From NCBI RefSeq assembly GCF_009914755.1, contig NC_060947.1: a DNA stretch of 64,000 nucleotides, one strand, 5' to 3'. The notes under the pieces are model-generated. The model did not search any database, had not been told where the DNA came from, and saw nothing but the letters and a program-made list of their open reading frames with translations. A program made the position numbers and the translations under genes. Origin of the DNA: the human T2T-CHM13v2.0 reference genome, Homo sapiens. Of this stretch, positions 22,801 through 37,800 are shown piece after piece. Every line of letters starts with the position of its first letter. The first letter of the stretch is position 1.

Positions 22801-25800
22801 CTTTTCCACCACAGGCCTGAAAGCGCTCCAAATGTCCACTTGCAGATTCTGCCAAAAGAATATTTCAAAACTGCTCTATGAAAAGCAATGTTAAACTCTG
22901 TGGCTCGAACAGAAACATCACAAAGCCGTTTCTGAGAATGCTTCAGTTTAGTTTTTCTGTGGAAATATTCCCGTTTCCAAAGAAATCTTCAAAGAGGTCC
23001 ACGTATCCACTTACAGATTCTACAAAAAGACAGTTTCAAAACTGCTCAATCAAAAGGAGGGTTCAACCGTGTGACTTGAATGCAATCATCACTCAGAAGT
23101 TTCTGAGAATGCTTCTCTTTAGTTTTTACGTGAACATATAACCGTTTCGAACGAAGGCCACCCAGTGGTCCAAATATCCACTTGCAGATTCTACAGAAAG
23201 AGTGTTTCGAACCTGAACTCTCAAAGGCAGGTTCATCTCTGCGAGTTCAATGCATTCATCATGAAGAACTTTCTCAGAGTGTTTGTGTTTAGGTATGGGA
23301 AATTATTCCCATTTCCAACGAAATCCTCAGAGAGGTCCAAATATCCACCTGCAGATTCTACCAAAAGTGTATTTGGAAACTGCTCCATCAAAAGGCATGT
23401 TCAGCTCTGTGAGTGAAACTCCATCATCACAAAGAATATTCTGAGAATGCTTCCGTTTGCCTTTTATATGAAGTTCCTTCCTATACTACCGTAGGCCTCA
23501 AAGCAGTCCAAATCTCCATTTGCAGATTCTACAAAAAGAGTGATTCCAATCTGCTCTATCAATAGGATTGTTCAACTCCATGAGTTGAATGCCATCCTCA
23601 CAAAGTCGTTTCTGAGAATGCTTCTATCTAGTTTTTATGTGAAGATATTTCCTTTTCCACCACAGGCCTCAAAGCCCTCCAAACGTCCACTTGCAGATTC
23701 TCGAAAAAGAGTGTTTCATAGCTGCTCTTTCAAAAGGAAAGTTCAACTCTGGGAGTTGAATACAAACTTCACAAAGTAGTTTCCGAGAATGCTTCTGTTT
23801 ATTTCTTATGTGAAGATGATCCCGTTTCCAGTGAAATCTTCAAAGAGGTCCACATATCCCCTTGCAGATTCCAAAGAAAGAGGGTTTCAAAACTGCTCCA
23901 TCAAAAGGATTGTTCAGCTCTGTGAGTTGAATGCAGTCATCGCAGAAAACTTTCTGAGAATGCTTCTGTCTAGGTTTGAGGTGAAGATATAGACGTTTCA
24001 AACGAAGGCTACAAAGTGGTCAAAATATACACTTGCAGATTCTACTACAAGGGTGTTGCAAACCTGAACTATCAAAGGAAGGTTCAACTCTGTGAGTTGA
24101 ATACAAACATCACAAAGAATGTTCTGAGTTTGCTACCGTTCAGTTATGGGAAGTTGATCCCGTTTCCAACGAAATCCTCAGAGAGGTCCAAATATCCCCT
24201 TGCAGATTCTACAAAACGTGTGTTTGGAAACTGCTCCATCATAACGAATGTTCAGCTCTCTGAGTTAAACTCCATCGTCACAAAGAATTTTCTGAGAGTG
24301 CTACCGTCTGGTTTTTATATGAAGTTCTTCCCTTTACTACCACAGGCCTCAAAGCGGTCCAAATCTCCACTTGCAGATTCTACAAAAAGAGTGTTTGCAA
24401 ACTGCTCTATCAAAAGGAATGTTCAACTCTGGGAGTTGAATGCAATCATCACAGAGCAGTTTCTGAGAATGCTTCTATGTCGTTTTTAGGAGAAGATATT
24501 TCCTTTTCCAACACAGTCCTCCAAGCCCGCTAAATATCCACTTGCACATTGTAGAAAAAGTGTGTCGAAGCTGCGCTATCAAAGGGAAAGTTCAACTCTG
24601 TGAGGTGAATGCAAACATCCCAAAGAAGTTTCTGAGAATGCTTCCGTTTAGCTTTTAGGTGAAGATTATCCCGTTTCCAACGAAATCTTCAAAGAGGTCC
24701 AAATATCCCCTTGCGGATCCCACAGAAAGAGTGTTTCGAAACTGCTGTTTCAAAAGGAATCTTCAACTCTGTGAGTTGAATGCAATCATCACAAAGAAGT
24801 TTCTGACAATGCTTCTCTCTCGTCTTTCTGTGAAGATAAAGGAAAAGGCTTTCAGGCCTTTTCCACCACAGGCCTGAAAGCACTCCAAATGTCCACTTGC
24901 AGATTCTGCCAAAAGAATATTTCAAAACTGCTCTATGAAAGGCAATGTTAAACTCTGTGGCTCGAACACAAACATCACAAAGCCGTTTCTGAGAATGCTT
25001 CAGTTTACTTTTTCTGTGGAAATATTCCCGTTTCGAAAGAAATCTTCAAAGAGGTCCACGCATCCACTTACAGATTCTACAAAAAGACAGTTTCAAAACT
25101 GCTCAATCAAAAGGAGGGTTCAACCGTGTGACTTGAATGCAATCATCACTCAGAAGTTTCTGAGAACGCTTCTCTTTAGTTTTTACGTGAACATATACCC
25201 GTTTCGAACGAAGGCCACCCAGAGGTCCAAATATCCACTTGCAGATTCTACAGAAAGAGTGTTTCCAACCTGAACTCTCAAAGGCAGGTTCATCTCTGCG
25301 AGTTCAATACATTCATCATGAAGAACTTTCTCAGAGTGTTTGTGTTTAGGTATGGGAAATTATTCCCGTTTCCAACGAAATCCTCAGAGAGGTCCAAATA
25401 TCCACCTGCAGATTCTACCAAAAGTGTATTTGGAAACTGCTCCATCAAAAGGCATGTTCAGCTCTGTGAGTGAAACTCCATCATCACAAAGAATATTCTG
25501 AGAATGCTTCCGTTTGCCTTTTATATGAAGTTCCTTCCTATACTACCGTAGGCCTCAAAGCAGTCCAAATCTCCATTTGCAGATTCTACAAAAAGAGTGA
25601 TTCCAATCTGCTCTATCAATAGGATTGTTCAACTCCATGAGTTGAATGCCATCCTCACAAAGTCGTTTCTGAGAATGCTTCTATCTAGTTTTTATGTGAA
25701 GATATTTCCTTTTCCACCACAGGCCTCAAAGCCCTCCAAACGTCCACTTGCAGATTCTCGAAAAAGAGTGTTTCATAGCTGCTCTTTCAAAAGGAAAGTT

Positions 25801-28800
25801 CAACTCTGGGAGTTGAATACAAACATCACAAAGTAGTTTCCGAGAATGCTTCTGTTTAGTTCTTATGTGAAGATGATCCCGTTTCCAGTGAAATCTTCAA
25901 AGAGGTCCACATATCCCCTTGCAGATTCCAAAGAAAGAGGGTTTCAAAACTGCTCCATCAAAAGGATTGTTCAACTCTGTGAGTTGAATGCAGTCATCGC
26001 AGAAAACTTTCTGAGAATGCTTCTGTCTAGGTTTGAGGTGAAGATATAGACGTTTCAAACGAAGGCTACAAAGTGGTCAAAATATACACTTGCAGATTCT
26101 ACTACAAGGGTGTTGCAAACCTGAACTATCAAAGGAAGGTTCAACTCTGTGAGTTGAATACAAACATCACAAAGAATGTTCTGAGTTTGCTTCCGTTCAG
26201 TTATGGGAAGTTGATCCCGTTTCCAACGAAATCCTCAGAGAGGTCCAAATATCCCCTTGCAGATTCTACAAAACGTGTGTTTGGAAACTGCTCCATCATA
26301 ACGAATGTTCAGCTCTCTGAGTTAAACTCCATCGTCACAAAGAATTTTCTGAGAGTGCTACCGTCTGGTTTTTATATGAAGTTCTTTCCTTTACTACCAC
26401 AGGCCTCAAAGCGTTCCAAATCTCCACTTGCAGATTCTACAAAAAGAGTGTTTGCAAACTGCTCTATCAAAAGGAATGTTCAACGCTGGGAGTTGAATGC
26501 AATCATCACAGAGCAGTTTCTGAGAATGCTTCTATGTCGTTTTTAGGAGAAGATATTTCCTTTTCCAACACAGTCCTCCAAGCCCGCTAAATATCCACTT
26601 GCACATTGTAGAAAAAGGGTGTCGAAGCTGCGCTATCAAAGGGAAAGTTCAACTCTGTGAGGTGAATGCAAACATCCCAAAGAAGTTTCTGAGAATGCTT
26701 CCGTTTAGCTTTTAGGTGAAGATTATCCCGTTTCCAACGAAATCTTCAAAGAGGTCCAAATATCCCCTTGCGGATCCCACAGAAAGAGTGTTTCGAAACT
26801 GCTGTTTCAAAAGGAATCTTCAACTCTGTGAGTTGAATGCAATCATCACAAAGAAGTTTCTGACAATGCTTCTCTCTCGTCTTTCTGTGAAGATAAAGGA
26901 AAAGGCTTTCAGGCCTTTTCCACCTCAGGCCTGAAAGCACTCCAAATGTCCACTTGCAGATTCTGCCAAAAGAATATTTCAAAACTGCTCTATGAAAAGC
27001 AATGTTAAACTCTGCGGCTCGAACACAAACATCACAAAGCCGTTTCTGAGAATGCTTCAGTTTAGTTTTTCTGTGGAAATATTCCCGTTTCCAAAGAAAT
27101 CTTCAAAGAGGTCCACGTATCCACTTACAGATTCTACAAAAAGACAGTTTCAAAACTGCTCAATCAAAAGGAGGGTTCAACCGTGTGACTTGAATGCAAT
27201 CATCACTCAGAAGTTTCTGAGAATGCTTCTCTTTAGTTTTTACGTGAACATATACCCGTTTAGAACGAAGGCCACCCAGTGGTCCAAATATCCACTTGCA
27301 GATTCTATAGAAAGAGTGTTTCGAACCTGAACTCTCAAAGGCAGGTTCATCTCTGCGAGTTAAATGCATTCATCATGAAGAACTTTCTCAGAGTGTTTGT
27401 GTTTAGGTATGGGAAATTATTCCCGTTTCCAACGAAATCCTCAGAGAGCTCCAAATATCCACCTGCAGATTCTACCAAAAGTGTATTTGGCAACTGCTCC
27501 ATCAAAAGGCATGTTCAGCTCTGTGAGTGAAACTCCATCATCACAAAGGATATTCTGAGAATGCTTCCGTTTGCCTTTTATATGAAGTTCCATCCTATAC
27601 TACCGTAGGCCTCAAAGCAGTCCAAATCTCCATTTGCAGATTCTACAAAAAGAGTGATTCCAATCTGCTCTATCAATAGGATTGTTCAACTCCATGAGTT
27701 GAATGCCATCCTCACAAAGTCGTTTCTGAGAATGCTTCTATCTAGTTTTTATGTGAAGATATTTCCTTTTCCACCACAGGCCTCAAAGCCCTCCAAACGT
27801 CCACTTGCAGATTCTCGAAAAAGAGTGTTTCATAGCCGCTCTTTCAAAAGGAAAGTTCAACTCTGGGAGTTGAATACAAACATCACAAAGTAGTTTCCGA
27901 GAATGCTTCTGTTTAGTTCTTATGTGAAGATGATCCCGTTTCCAGTGAAATCTTCAAAGAGGTCCACATATCCCCTTGCAGATTCCAAAGAAAGTGGGTT
28001 TCAAAACTGCTCCATCAAAAGGATTGTTCAACTCTGTGAGTTGAATGCAGTCATCGCATAAAACTTTCTGAGAATGCTTCTGTCTAGGTTTGAGGTGAAG
28101 ATATAGACGTTTCAAACGAAGGCTACAAAGTGGTCAAAATATACACTTGCAGATTCTACTACAAGGGTGTTGCAAACCTGAACTATCAAAGGAAGGTTCC
28201 ACTCTGTGAGTTGAATACAAACATCACAAAGAATGTTCTGAGTTTGCTTCCGTTCAGTTATGGGAAGTTGATCCCGTTTCCAACGAAATCCTCAGAGAGG
28301 TCCAAATATCCCCTTGCAGATTCTACAAAACGTGTGTTTGGAAACTGCTCCATCATAACGAATGTTCAGCTCTCTGAGTTAAACTCCATCGTCACAAAGA
28401 ATATTCTGAGAGTGCTACCGTCTGGTTTTTATATGAAGTTCTTTCCTTTACTACCACAGGCCTCAAAGCGGTCCAAATCTCCACTTGCAGATTCTACAAA
28501 AAGAGTGTTTGCAAACTGCTCTATCAAAAGGAATGTTCAACTCTGGGAGTTGAATGCAATCATCACAGAGCAGTTCCTGAGAATGCTTCTATGTCGTTTT
28601 TAGGAGAAGATATTTCCTTTTCCAACACAGTCCTCCAAGCCCGCTAAATATCCACTTGCACATTGTAGAAACAGTGTGTCGAAGCTGCGCTATCAAAGGG
28701 AAAGTTCAACTCTGTGAGGTGAATGCAAACATCCCAAAGAAGTTTCTGAGAATGCTTCCGTTTAGCTTTTAGGTGCAGATTATCCCGTTTCCAACGAAAT

Positions 28801-31800
28801 CTTCAAAGAGGTCCAAATATCCCATTGCGGATCCCACAGAAAGAGTGTTTCGAAAATGCTGTTTCAAAAGGAATCTTCAACTCTGTGGGTTGAATGCAAT
28901 CATCACAAAGAAGTTTCTGACAATGCTTCTCTCTCGTCTTTCTGTGAAGATAAAGGAAAAGGCTTTCAGGCCTTTTCCACCACAGGCCTGAAAGCGCTCC
29001 AAATGTCCACTTGCAGATTCTGCCAAAAGAATATTTCAAAACTGCTCTATGAAAAGCAATGTTAAACTCTGCGGCTCGAACACAAACATCACAAAGCCGT
29101 TTCTGAGAATGCTTCAGTTTAGTTTTTCTGTGGAAATATTCCCGTTTCCAAAGAAATCTTCAAAGAGGTCCACGTATCCACTTACAGATTCTACAAAAAG
29201 ACAGTTTCAAAACTGCTCAATCAAAAGGAGGGTTCAACCGTGTGACTTAAATGCAATCATCACTCAGAAGTTTCTGAGAATGCTTCTCTTTAGTTTTTAC
29301 GTGAACATATACCCGTTTCGAAAGAAGGCCACGCAGTGGTTCAAATATCCACTTGCAGATTCTACAGAAAGAGTGTTTCGAACCTGAACTCTCAAAGGCA
29401 GGTTCATCTCTGCGAGTTCAATGCATTCATCATGAAGAACTTTCTCAGAGTGTTTGTGTTTAGGTATGGGAAATTATTCCCGTTTCCAACGAAATCCTCA
29501 GAGAGGTCCAAATATCCACCTGCAGATTCTACCAAAAGTGTATTTGGAAACTGCTCCATCAAAAGGCATGTTCAGCTCTGTGAGTGAAACTCCATCATCA
29601 CAAAGTATATTCTGAGAATGCTTCCTTTTGCCTTTTATATGAAGTTCCTTCTTATACTACCGTAGGCCTCAAAGCAGTCCAAATCTCCATTTGCAGATTC
29701 TACAAAAAGAGTGATTCCAATCTGCTCTATCAATAGGATTGTTCAACTCCATGAGTTGAATGCCATCCTCACAAAGTCGTTTCTGAGAATGCTTCTATCT
29801 AGTTTTTATGTGAAGATATTTCCTTTTCCACCACAGGCCTCAAAGCCCTCCAAACGTCAACTTGCAGATTCTCGAAAAAGAGTGTTTCATAGCCGCTCTT
29901 TCAAAAGGAAAGTTCAACTCTGGGAGTTGAATACAAACATCACAAAGTAGTTTCCGAGAATGCTTCTGTTTAGTTCTTATGTGAAGATGATCCCGTTTCC
30001 AGTGAAATCTTCAAAGAGGTCCACATATCCCCTTGCAGATTCCAAAGAAAGAGGGTTTCAAAACTGCTCCATCGAAAGGATTGTTCAACTCTGTGAGTTG
30101 AATGCAGTCATCGCAGAAAACTTTCTGAGAATGCTTCTGTCTAGGTTTGAGGTGAAGATATAGACGTTTCAAACGAAGGCTACAAAGTGGTCAAAATATA
30201 CACTTGCAGATTCTACTACAAGGGTGTTGCAAACCTGAACTATCAAAGGAAGGTTCAACTCTGTGAGTTGAATACAAACATCACAAAGAATGTTCTGAGT
30301 TTGCTTCCGTTCAGTTATGGGAAGTTGATCCCGTTTCCAACGAAATCCTCAGAGAGGTCCAAATATCCCCTTGCAGATTCTACAAAACGTGTGTTTGGAA
30401 ACTGCTCCATCATAACGAATGTTCAGCTCTCTGAGTTAAACTCCATCGTCACAAAGAATTTTCTGAGAGTGCTACCGTCTAGTTTTTATATGAAGTTCTT
30501 TCCTTTACTACCACAGGCCTCAAAGCGGTCCAAATCTCCACTTGCAGATTCTACAAAAAGAGTGTTTGCAAAGTGCTCTATCAAAAGGAATGTTCAACTC
30601 TGGGAGTTGAATGCAATCATCACAGAGCAGTTTCTGAGAATGCTTCTATGTCGTTTTTAGGAGAAGATATTTCCTTTTCCAACACAGTCTTCCAAGCCCG
30701 CTAAATATCCACTTGCACATTGTAGAAAAAGTGTGTCGAAGCTGCGCTATCAAAGGGAAAGTTCAACTCTGTGAGGTGAATGCAAACATCCCAAAGAAGT
30801 TTCTGAGAATGCTTCCGTTTAGCTTTTAGGTGAAGATTATCCCGTTTCCAACGAAATCTTCAAAGAGGTCCAAATATCCCCTTGCGGATCCCACAGAAAG
30901 AGTGTTTCGAAACTGCTGTTTCAAAAGGAATCTTCAACTCTGTGAGTTGAATGCAATCATCACAAAGAAGTTTCTGACAATGCTTCTCTCTCGTCTTTCT
31001 GTGAAGATAAAGGAAAAGGCTTTCAGGCCTTTTCCACCACAGGCCTGAAAGCGCTCCAAATGTCCACTTGCAGATTCTGCCAAAAGAATATTTCAAAACT
31101 GCTCTATGAAAAGCAATGTTAAACTCTGCGGCTCGAACACAAACATCACAAAGCAGTTTCTGAGAATGCTTCAGTTTAGTTTTTCTGTGGAAATATTCCT
31201 GTTTCCAAAGAAATCTTCAAAGAGGTCCACGTATCCACTTACAGATGCTACAAAAAGACAGTTTCAAAACTGCTCAATCAAAAGGAGGGTTCAACCGTGT
31301 GACTTTAATGCAATCATCACTCAGAAGTTTCTGAGAATGCTTCTCTTTAGTTTTTACGTGAACATATACCCGTTTCGAACGAAGGCCACCCAGTGGTCCA
31401 AATATCCACTTGCAGATTCTACAGAAAGAGTGTTTCGAACCTGAACTCTCAAAGGCAGGTTCATCTCTGCGAGTTAAATGCATTCATCATGAAGAACTTT
31501 CTCAGAGTGTTTGTGTTTAGGTATGGGAAATTATTCCCGTTTCCATCGATATCCTCAGTGAGGTCCAAATATCCACCTGCAGATTCTACCAAAAGTGTAT
31601 TTGGCAACTGCTCCATCAAAAGGCATGTTCAGCTCTGTGAGTGAAACTCCATCATCACAAAGAATATTCTGAGAATGCTTCCGTTTGCCTTTTATATGAA
31701 GTTCCTTCCTATACTACCGTAGGCCTCAAAGCAGTCCAAATCTCCATTTGCAGATTCTACAAAAAGAGTGATTCCAATCTGCTCTATCAATAGGATTGTT

Positions 31801-34800
31801 CAACTCCATGAGTTGAATGCCATCCTCACAAACTCGTTTGTGAGAATGCTTCTATCTAGTTTTTATGTGAAGATATTTCCTTTTCCACCACAGGCCTCAA
31901 AGCCCTCCAAACGTCCACTTGCAGATTCTCGAAAAAGAGTGTTTCATAGCCGCTCTTTCAAAAGGAAAGTTCAACTCTGGGAGTTGAATACAAACATCAC
32001 AAAGTAGTTTCCGAGAATGCTTCTGTTTAGTTCTTATGTGAAGATGATCCCGTTTCCAGTGAAATCTTCAAAGAGGTCCACATATCCCCTTGCAGATTCC
32101 AAAGAAAGAGGGTTTCAAAACTGCTCCATCAAAAGGATTGTTCAACTCTGTGAGTTGAATGCAGTCATCGCAGAAAACTTTCTGAGAATGCTTCTGTCTA
32201 GGTTTGAGGTGAAGATATAGACGTTTCAAACGAAGGCTACAAAGTGGTCAAAATATACACTTGCAGATTCTACTACAAGGGTGTTGCAAACCTGAACTAT
32301 CAAAGGAAGGTTCAACTCTGTGAGTTGAATACAAACATCACAAAGAATGTTCTGAGTTTGCTTCCGTTCAGTTATGGGAAGTTGATCCCGTTTCCAACGA
32401 AATCCTCAGAGAGGTCCAAATATCCCCTTGCAGATTCTACAAAACGTGTGTTTGGAAACTGCTCCATCATAACGAATGTTCAGCTCTCTGAGTTAAACTC
32501 CATCGTCACAAAGAATTTTCTGAGAGTGCTACCGTCTGGTTTTTATATGAAGTTCTTTCCTTTACTACCACAGGCCTCAAAGCGGTCCAAATCTCCACTT
32601 GCAGATTCTACAAAAAGAGTGTTTGCAAACTGCTCTATCAAAAGGAATGTTCAACTCTGGGAGTTGAATGCAATCATCACAGAGCAGTTTCTGAGAATGC
32701 TTCTATGTCGTTTTTAGGAGAAGATATTTCCTTTTCCAACACAGTCCTCCAAGCCCGCTAAATATCCACTTGCACATTGTAGAAACAGTGTGTCGAAGCT
32801 GCGCTATCAAAGGGAAAGTTCAACTCTGTGAGGTGAATGCAAACATCCCAAAGAAGTTTCTGAGAATCCTTCCGTTTAGCTTTTAGGTGAAGATTATCCC
32901 GTTTCCAACGAAATCTTCAAAGAGGTCCAAATATCCCATTGCGGATCCCACAGAAAGAGTGTTTCGAAAATGCTGTTTCAAAAGGAATCTTCAACTCTGT
33001 GGGTTGAATGCAATCATCACAAAGAAGTTTCTGACAATGCTTCTCTCTCGTCTTTCTGTGAAGATAAAGGAAAAGGCTTTCAGGCCTTTTCCACCACAGG
33101 CCTGAAAGCGCTCCAAATGTCCACTTGCAGATTCTGCCAAAAGAATATTTCAAAACTGCTCTATGAAAAGCAATGTTAAACTCTGTGGCTCGAACAGAAA
33201 CATCACAAAGCAGTTTCTGAGAATGCTTCAGTTTAGTTTTTCTGTGGAAATATTCCCGTTTCCAAAGAAATCTTCAAAGAGGTCCACGTATCCACTTACA
33301 GATTCTACAAAAAGACAGTTCAAAACTGCTCAATCAAAAGGAGGGTTCAACCGTGTGACTTGAATGCAATCATCACTCAGAAGTTTCTGAGAATGCTTCT
33401 CTTTAGTTTTTACGTGAACATATACCCGTTTCGAACGAAGGCCACCCAGTGGTCCAAATATCCACTTGCAGATTCTACAGAAAGAGTGTTTCGAACCTGA
33501 ACTCTCAAAGGCAGGTTCATCTCTGCGAGTTCAATGCATTCATCATGAAGAACTTTCTCAGAGTGTTTGTGTTTAGGTATGGGAAATTATTCCCGTTTCC
33601 AACGAAATCCTCAGAGAGGTCCAAATATCCACCTGCAGATTCTACCAAAAGTGTATTTGGAAACTGCTCCATCAAAAGGCATGTTCAGCTCTGTGAGTGA
33701 AACTCCATCATCACAAAGAATATTCTGAGAATGCTTCCGTTTGCCTTTTATATGAAGTTCCTTCCTATACTACCGTAGGCCTCAAAGCAGTCCAAATCTC
33801 CATTTGCAGATTCTACCAAAAGAGTGATTCCAATCTGCTCTATCAATAGGATTGCTCAACTCCATGAGTTGAATGCCATCCTCACAAAGTCGTTTCTGAG
33901 AATGCTTCTATCTAGTTTTTATGTGAAGATATTTCCTTTTCCACCACAGGCCTCAAAGCCCTCCAAACGTCCACTTGCAGATTCTCGAAAAAGAGTGTTT
34001 CATAGCCGCTGTTTCAAAAGGAAAGTTCAACTCTGGGAGTTGAATACAAACATCACAAAGTAGTTTCCGAGAATGCTTCTGTTTAGTTCTTATGTGAAGA
34101 TGATCCCGTTTCCAGTGAAATCTTCAAAGAGGTCCACATATCCCCTTGCAGATTCCAAAGAAAGAGGGTTTCAAAACTGCTCCATCAAAAGGATTGTTCA
34201 ACTCTGTGAGTTGAATGCAGTCATCGCAGAAAACGTTCTGAGAATGCTTCTGTCTAGGTTTGAGGTGAAGATATAGACGTTTCAAACGAAGGCTACAAAG
34301 TGGTCAAAATATACACTTGCAGATTCTACTACAAGGGTGTTGCAAACCTGAACTATCAAAGGAAGGTTCAACTCTGTGAGTTGAATACAAACATCACAAA
34401 GAATGTTCTGAGTTTGCTTCCGTTCAGTTATGGGAAGTTGATCCCGTTTCCAACGAAATCCTCAGAGAGGTCCAAATATCCCCTTGCAGATTCTACAAAA
34501 CGTGTGTTTGGAAACTGCTCCATCATAACGAATGTTCAGCTCTCTGAGTTAAACTCCATCGTCACAAAGAATTTTCTGAGAGTGCTACCGTCTGGTTTTT
34601 ATATGAAGTTCTTTCCTTTACTACCACAGGCCTCAAAGCGGTCCAAATCTCCACTTGCAGATTCTACAAAAAGAGTGTTTGCAAACTGCTCTATCAAAAG
34701 GAATGTTCAACTCTGGGAGTTGAATGCAATCATCACAGAGCAGTTTCTGAGAATGCTTCTATGTCGTTTTTAGGAGAAGATATTTCCTTTTCCAACACAG

Positions 34801-37800
34801 TCTTCCAAGCCCGCTAAATATCCACTTGCACATTGTAGAAAAAGTGTGTCGAAGCTGCGCTATCAAAGGGAAAGTTCAACTCTGTGAGGTGAATGCAAAC
34901 ATCCCAAAGAAGTTTCTGAGAATGCTTCCGTTTAGCTTTTAGGTGAAGATTATCCCGTTTCCAACGAAATCTTCAAAGAGGTCCAAATATCCCCTTGCGG
35001 ATCCCACAGAAAGAGTGTTTCGAAACTGCTGTTTCAAAAGGAATCTTCAACTCTGTGAGTAGAATGCAATCATCACAAAGAAGTTTCTGACAATGCTTCT
35101 CTCTCGTCTTTCTGTGAAGATAAAGGAAAAGGCTTTCAGGCCTTTTCCACCACAGGCCTGAAAGCGCTCCAAATGTCCACTTGCAGATTCTGCCAAAAGA
35201 ATATTTCAAAACTGCTCTATGAAAAGCAATGTTAAACTCTGCGGCTCGAACACAAACATCACAAAGCAGTTTCTGAGAATGCTTCAGTTTAGTTTTTCTG
35301 TGGAAATATTCCCGTTTCCAAAGAAATCTTCAAAGAGGTCCACGTATCCACTTACAGATTCTACAAAAAGACAGTTTCAAAACTGCTCAATCAAAAGGAG
35401 GGTTCAACCGTGTGACTTGAATGCAATCATCACTCAGAAGTTTCTGAGAATGCTTCTCTTTAGTTTTTACGTGAACATATACCCGTTTTGAACGAAGGCC
35501 ACCCAGAGGTCCAAATATCCACTTGCAGATTCTACAGAAAGAGTGTTTCGAACCTGAACTCTCAAAGGCAGGTTCATCTCTGCGAGTTCAATGCATTCAT
35601 CATGAAGAACTTTCTCAGAGTGTTTGTGTTTAGGTTTGGGAAATTATTCCCATTTCCAACGAAATCCTCAGAGAGGTCCAAATATCCACCTGCAGATTCT
35701 ACCAAAAGTGTATTTGGAAACTGCTCCATCAAAAGGCATGTTCAGCTCTGTGAGTGAAACTCCATCATCACAAAGAATATTCTGAGAATGCTTCCGTTTG
35801 CCTTTTATATGAACTTCCTTCCTATACGACCGTAGGCCTCAAAGCAGTTCAAATCTCCATTTGCAGATTCTACCAAAAGAGTGATTCCAATCTGCTCTAT
35901 CAATAGGATTGTTCAACTCCATGAGTTGAATGCCATCCTCACAAAGTCGTTTCTGAGAATGCTTCTATGTAGTTTTTATGTGAAGATATTTCCTTTTCCA
36001 CCACAGGCCTCAAAGCCCTCCAAACGTCCACTTGCAGATTCTCGAAAAAGATTGTTTCATAGCCGCTCTTTCAAAAGGAAAGTTCAACTCTGGGAGTTGA
36101 ATACAAACATCACAAAGTAGTTTCCGAGAATGCTTCTGTTTAGTTCTTATGTGAAGATGATCCCGTTTCCAGTGAAATCTTCAAAGAGGTCCACATATCC
36201 CCTTGCAGATTCCAAAGAAAGAGGGTTTCAAAACTGCTCCATCAAAAGGATTGTTCAACTCTGTGAGTTGAATGCAGTCATCGCAGAAAACTTTCTGAGA
36301 ATGCTTCTGTCTAGGTTTGAGGTGAAGATATAGACGTTTCAAACGAAGGCTACAAAGTGGTCAAAATATACACTTGCAGATTCTACTACAAGGGTGTTGC
36401 AAACCTGAACTATCAAAGGAAGTTTCAACTCTGTGAGTTGAATACAAACATCACAAAGAATGTTCTGAGTTTGCTTCCGTTCAGTTATGGGAAGTTGATC
36501 CCGTTTCCAACGAAATCCTCAGAGAGGTCCAAATATCCCCTTGCAGATTCTACAAAACGTGTGTTTGGAAACTGCTCCATCATAACGAATGTTCAGCTCT
36601 CTGAGTTAAACCCCATCGTCACAAAGAATTTTCTGAGAGTGCTACCGTCTGGTTTTTATATGAAGTTCTTTCCTTTACTACCACAGGCCTCAAAGCGGTC
36701 CAAATCTCCACTTGCAGATTCTACAAAAAGAGTGTTTGCAAACTGCTCTATCAAAAGGAATGTTCAACTCTGGGAGTTGAATGCAATCATCACAGAGCAG
36801 TTTCTGAGAATGCTTCTATGTCGTTTTTAGGAGAAGATATTTCCTTTTCCAACACAGTCCTCCAAGCCCGCTAAATATCCACTTGCACATTGTAGAAAAA
36901 GTGTGTCGAAGCTGCGCTATCAAAGGGAAAGTTCAACTCTGTGAGGTGAATGCAAACATCCCAAAGAAGTTTCTGAGAATGCTTCCGTTTAGCTTTTAGG
37001 TGAAGATTATCCCGTTTCCAACGAAATCTTCAAAGAGGTCCAAATATCCCCTTGCGGATCCCACAGAAAGAGTGTTTCGAAACTGCTGTTTCAGAAGGAA
37101 TCTTCAACTCTGTGAGTTGAATGCAATCATCACAAAGAAGTTTCTGACAATGCTTCTCTCTCGTCTTTCTGTGAAGATAAAGGAAAAGGCTTTCAGGCCT
37201 TTTCCACCACAGGCCTGAAAGCGCTCCAAATGTCCACTTGCAGATTCTGCCAAAAGAATATTTCAAAACTGCTCTATGAAAAGCAATGTTAAACTCTGCG
37301 GCTCGAACACAAACATCACAAAGCAGTTTCTGAGAATGCTTCAGTTTAGTTTTTCTGTGGAAATATTCCCGTTTCCAAAGAAATCTTCAAAGAGGTCCAC
37401 GTACCCGCTTACAGATTCTACAAAAAGACAGTTTCAAAACTGCTCAATCAAAAGGAGGGTTCAACCGTGTGACTTGAATGCAATCATCACGCAGAAGTTT
37501 CTGAGAATGCTTCTCTTTAGTTTTTACGTGAACATATACCAGTTTCGAACGAAGGCCACCCAGTGGTCCAAATATCCACTTGCAGATTCTACAGAAAGAG
37601 TGTTTCGAACCTGAACTCTCAAAGGCAGGTTCATCTCTGCGAGTTCAATGCATTCATCATGAAGAACTTTCTCAGAGTGTTTGTGTTTAGGTATGGGAAA
37701 TTATTCCCGTTTCCAACGAAATCCTCAGAGAGGTCCAAATATCCACCTGCAGATTCTACCAAAAGTGTATTTGGAAACTGCTCCATCAAAAGGCATGTTC

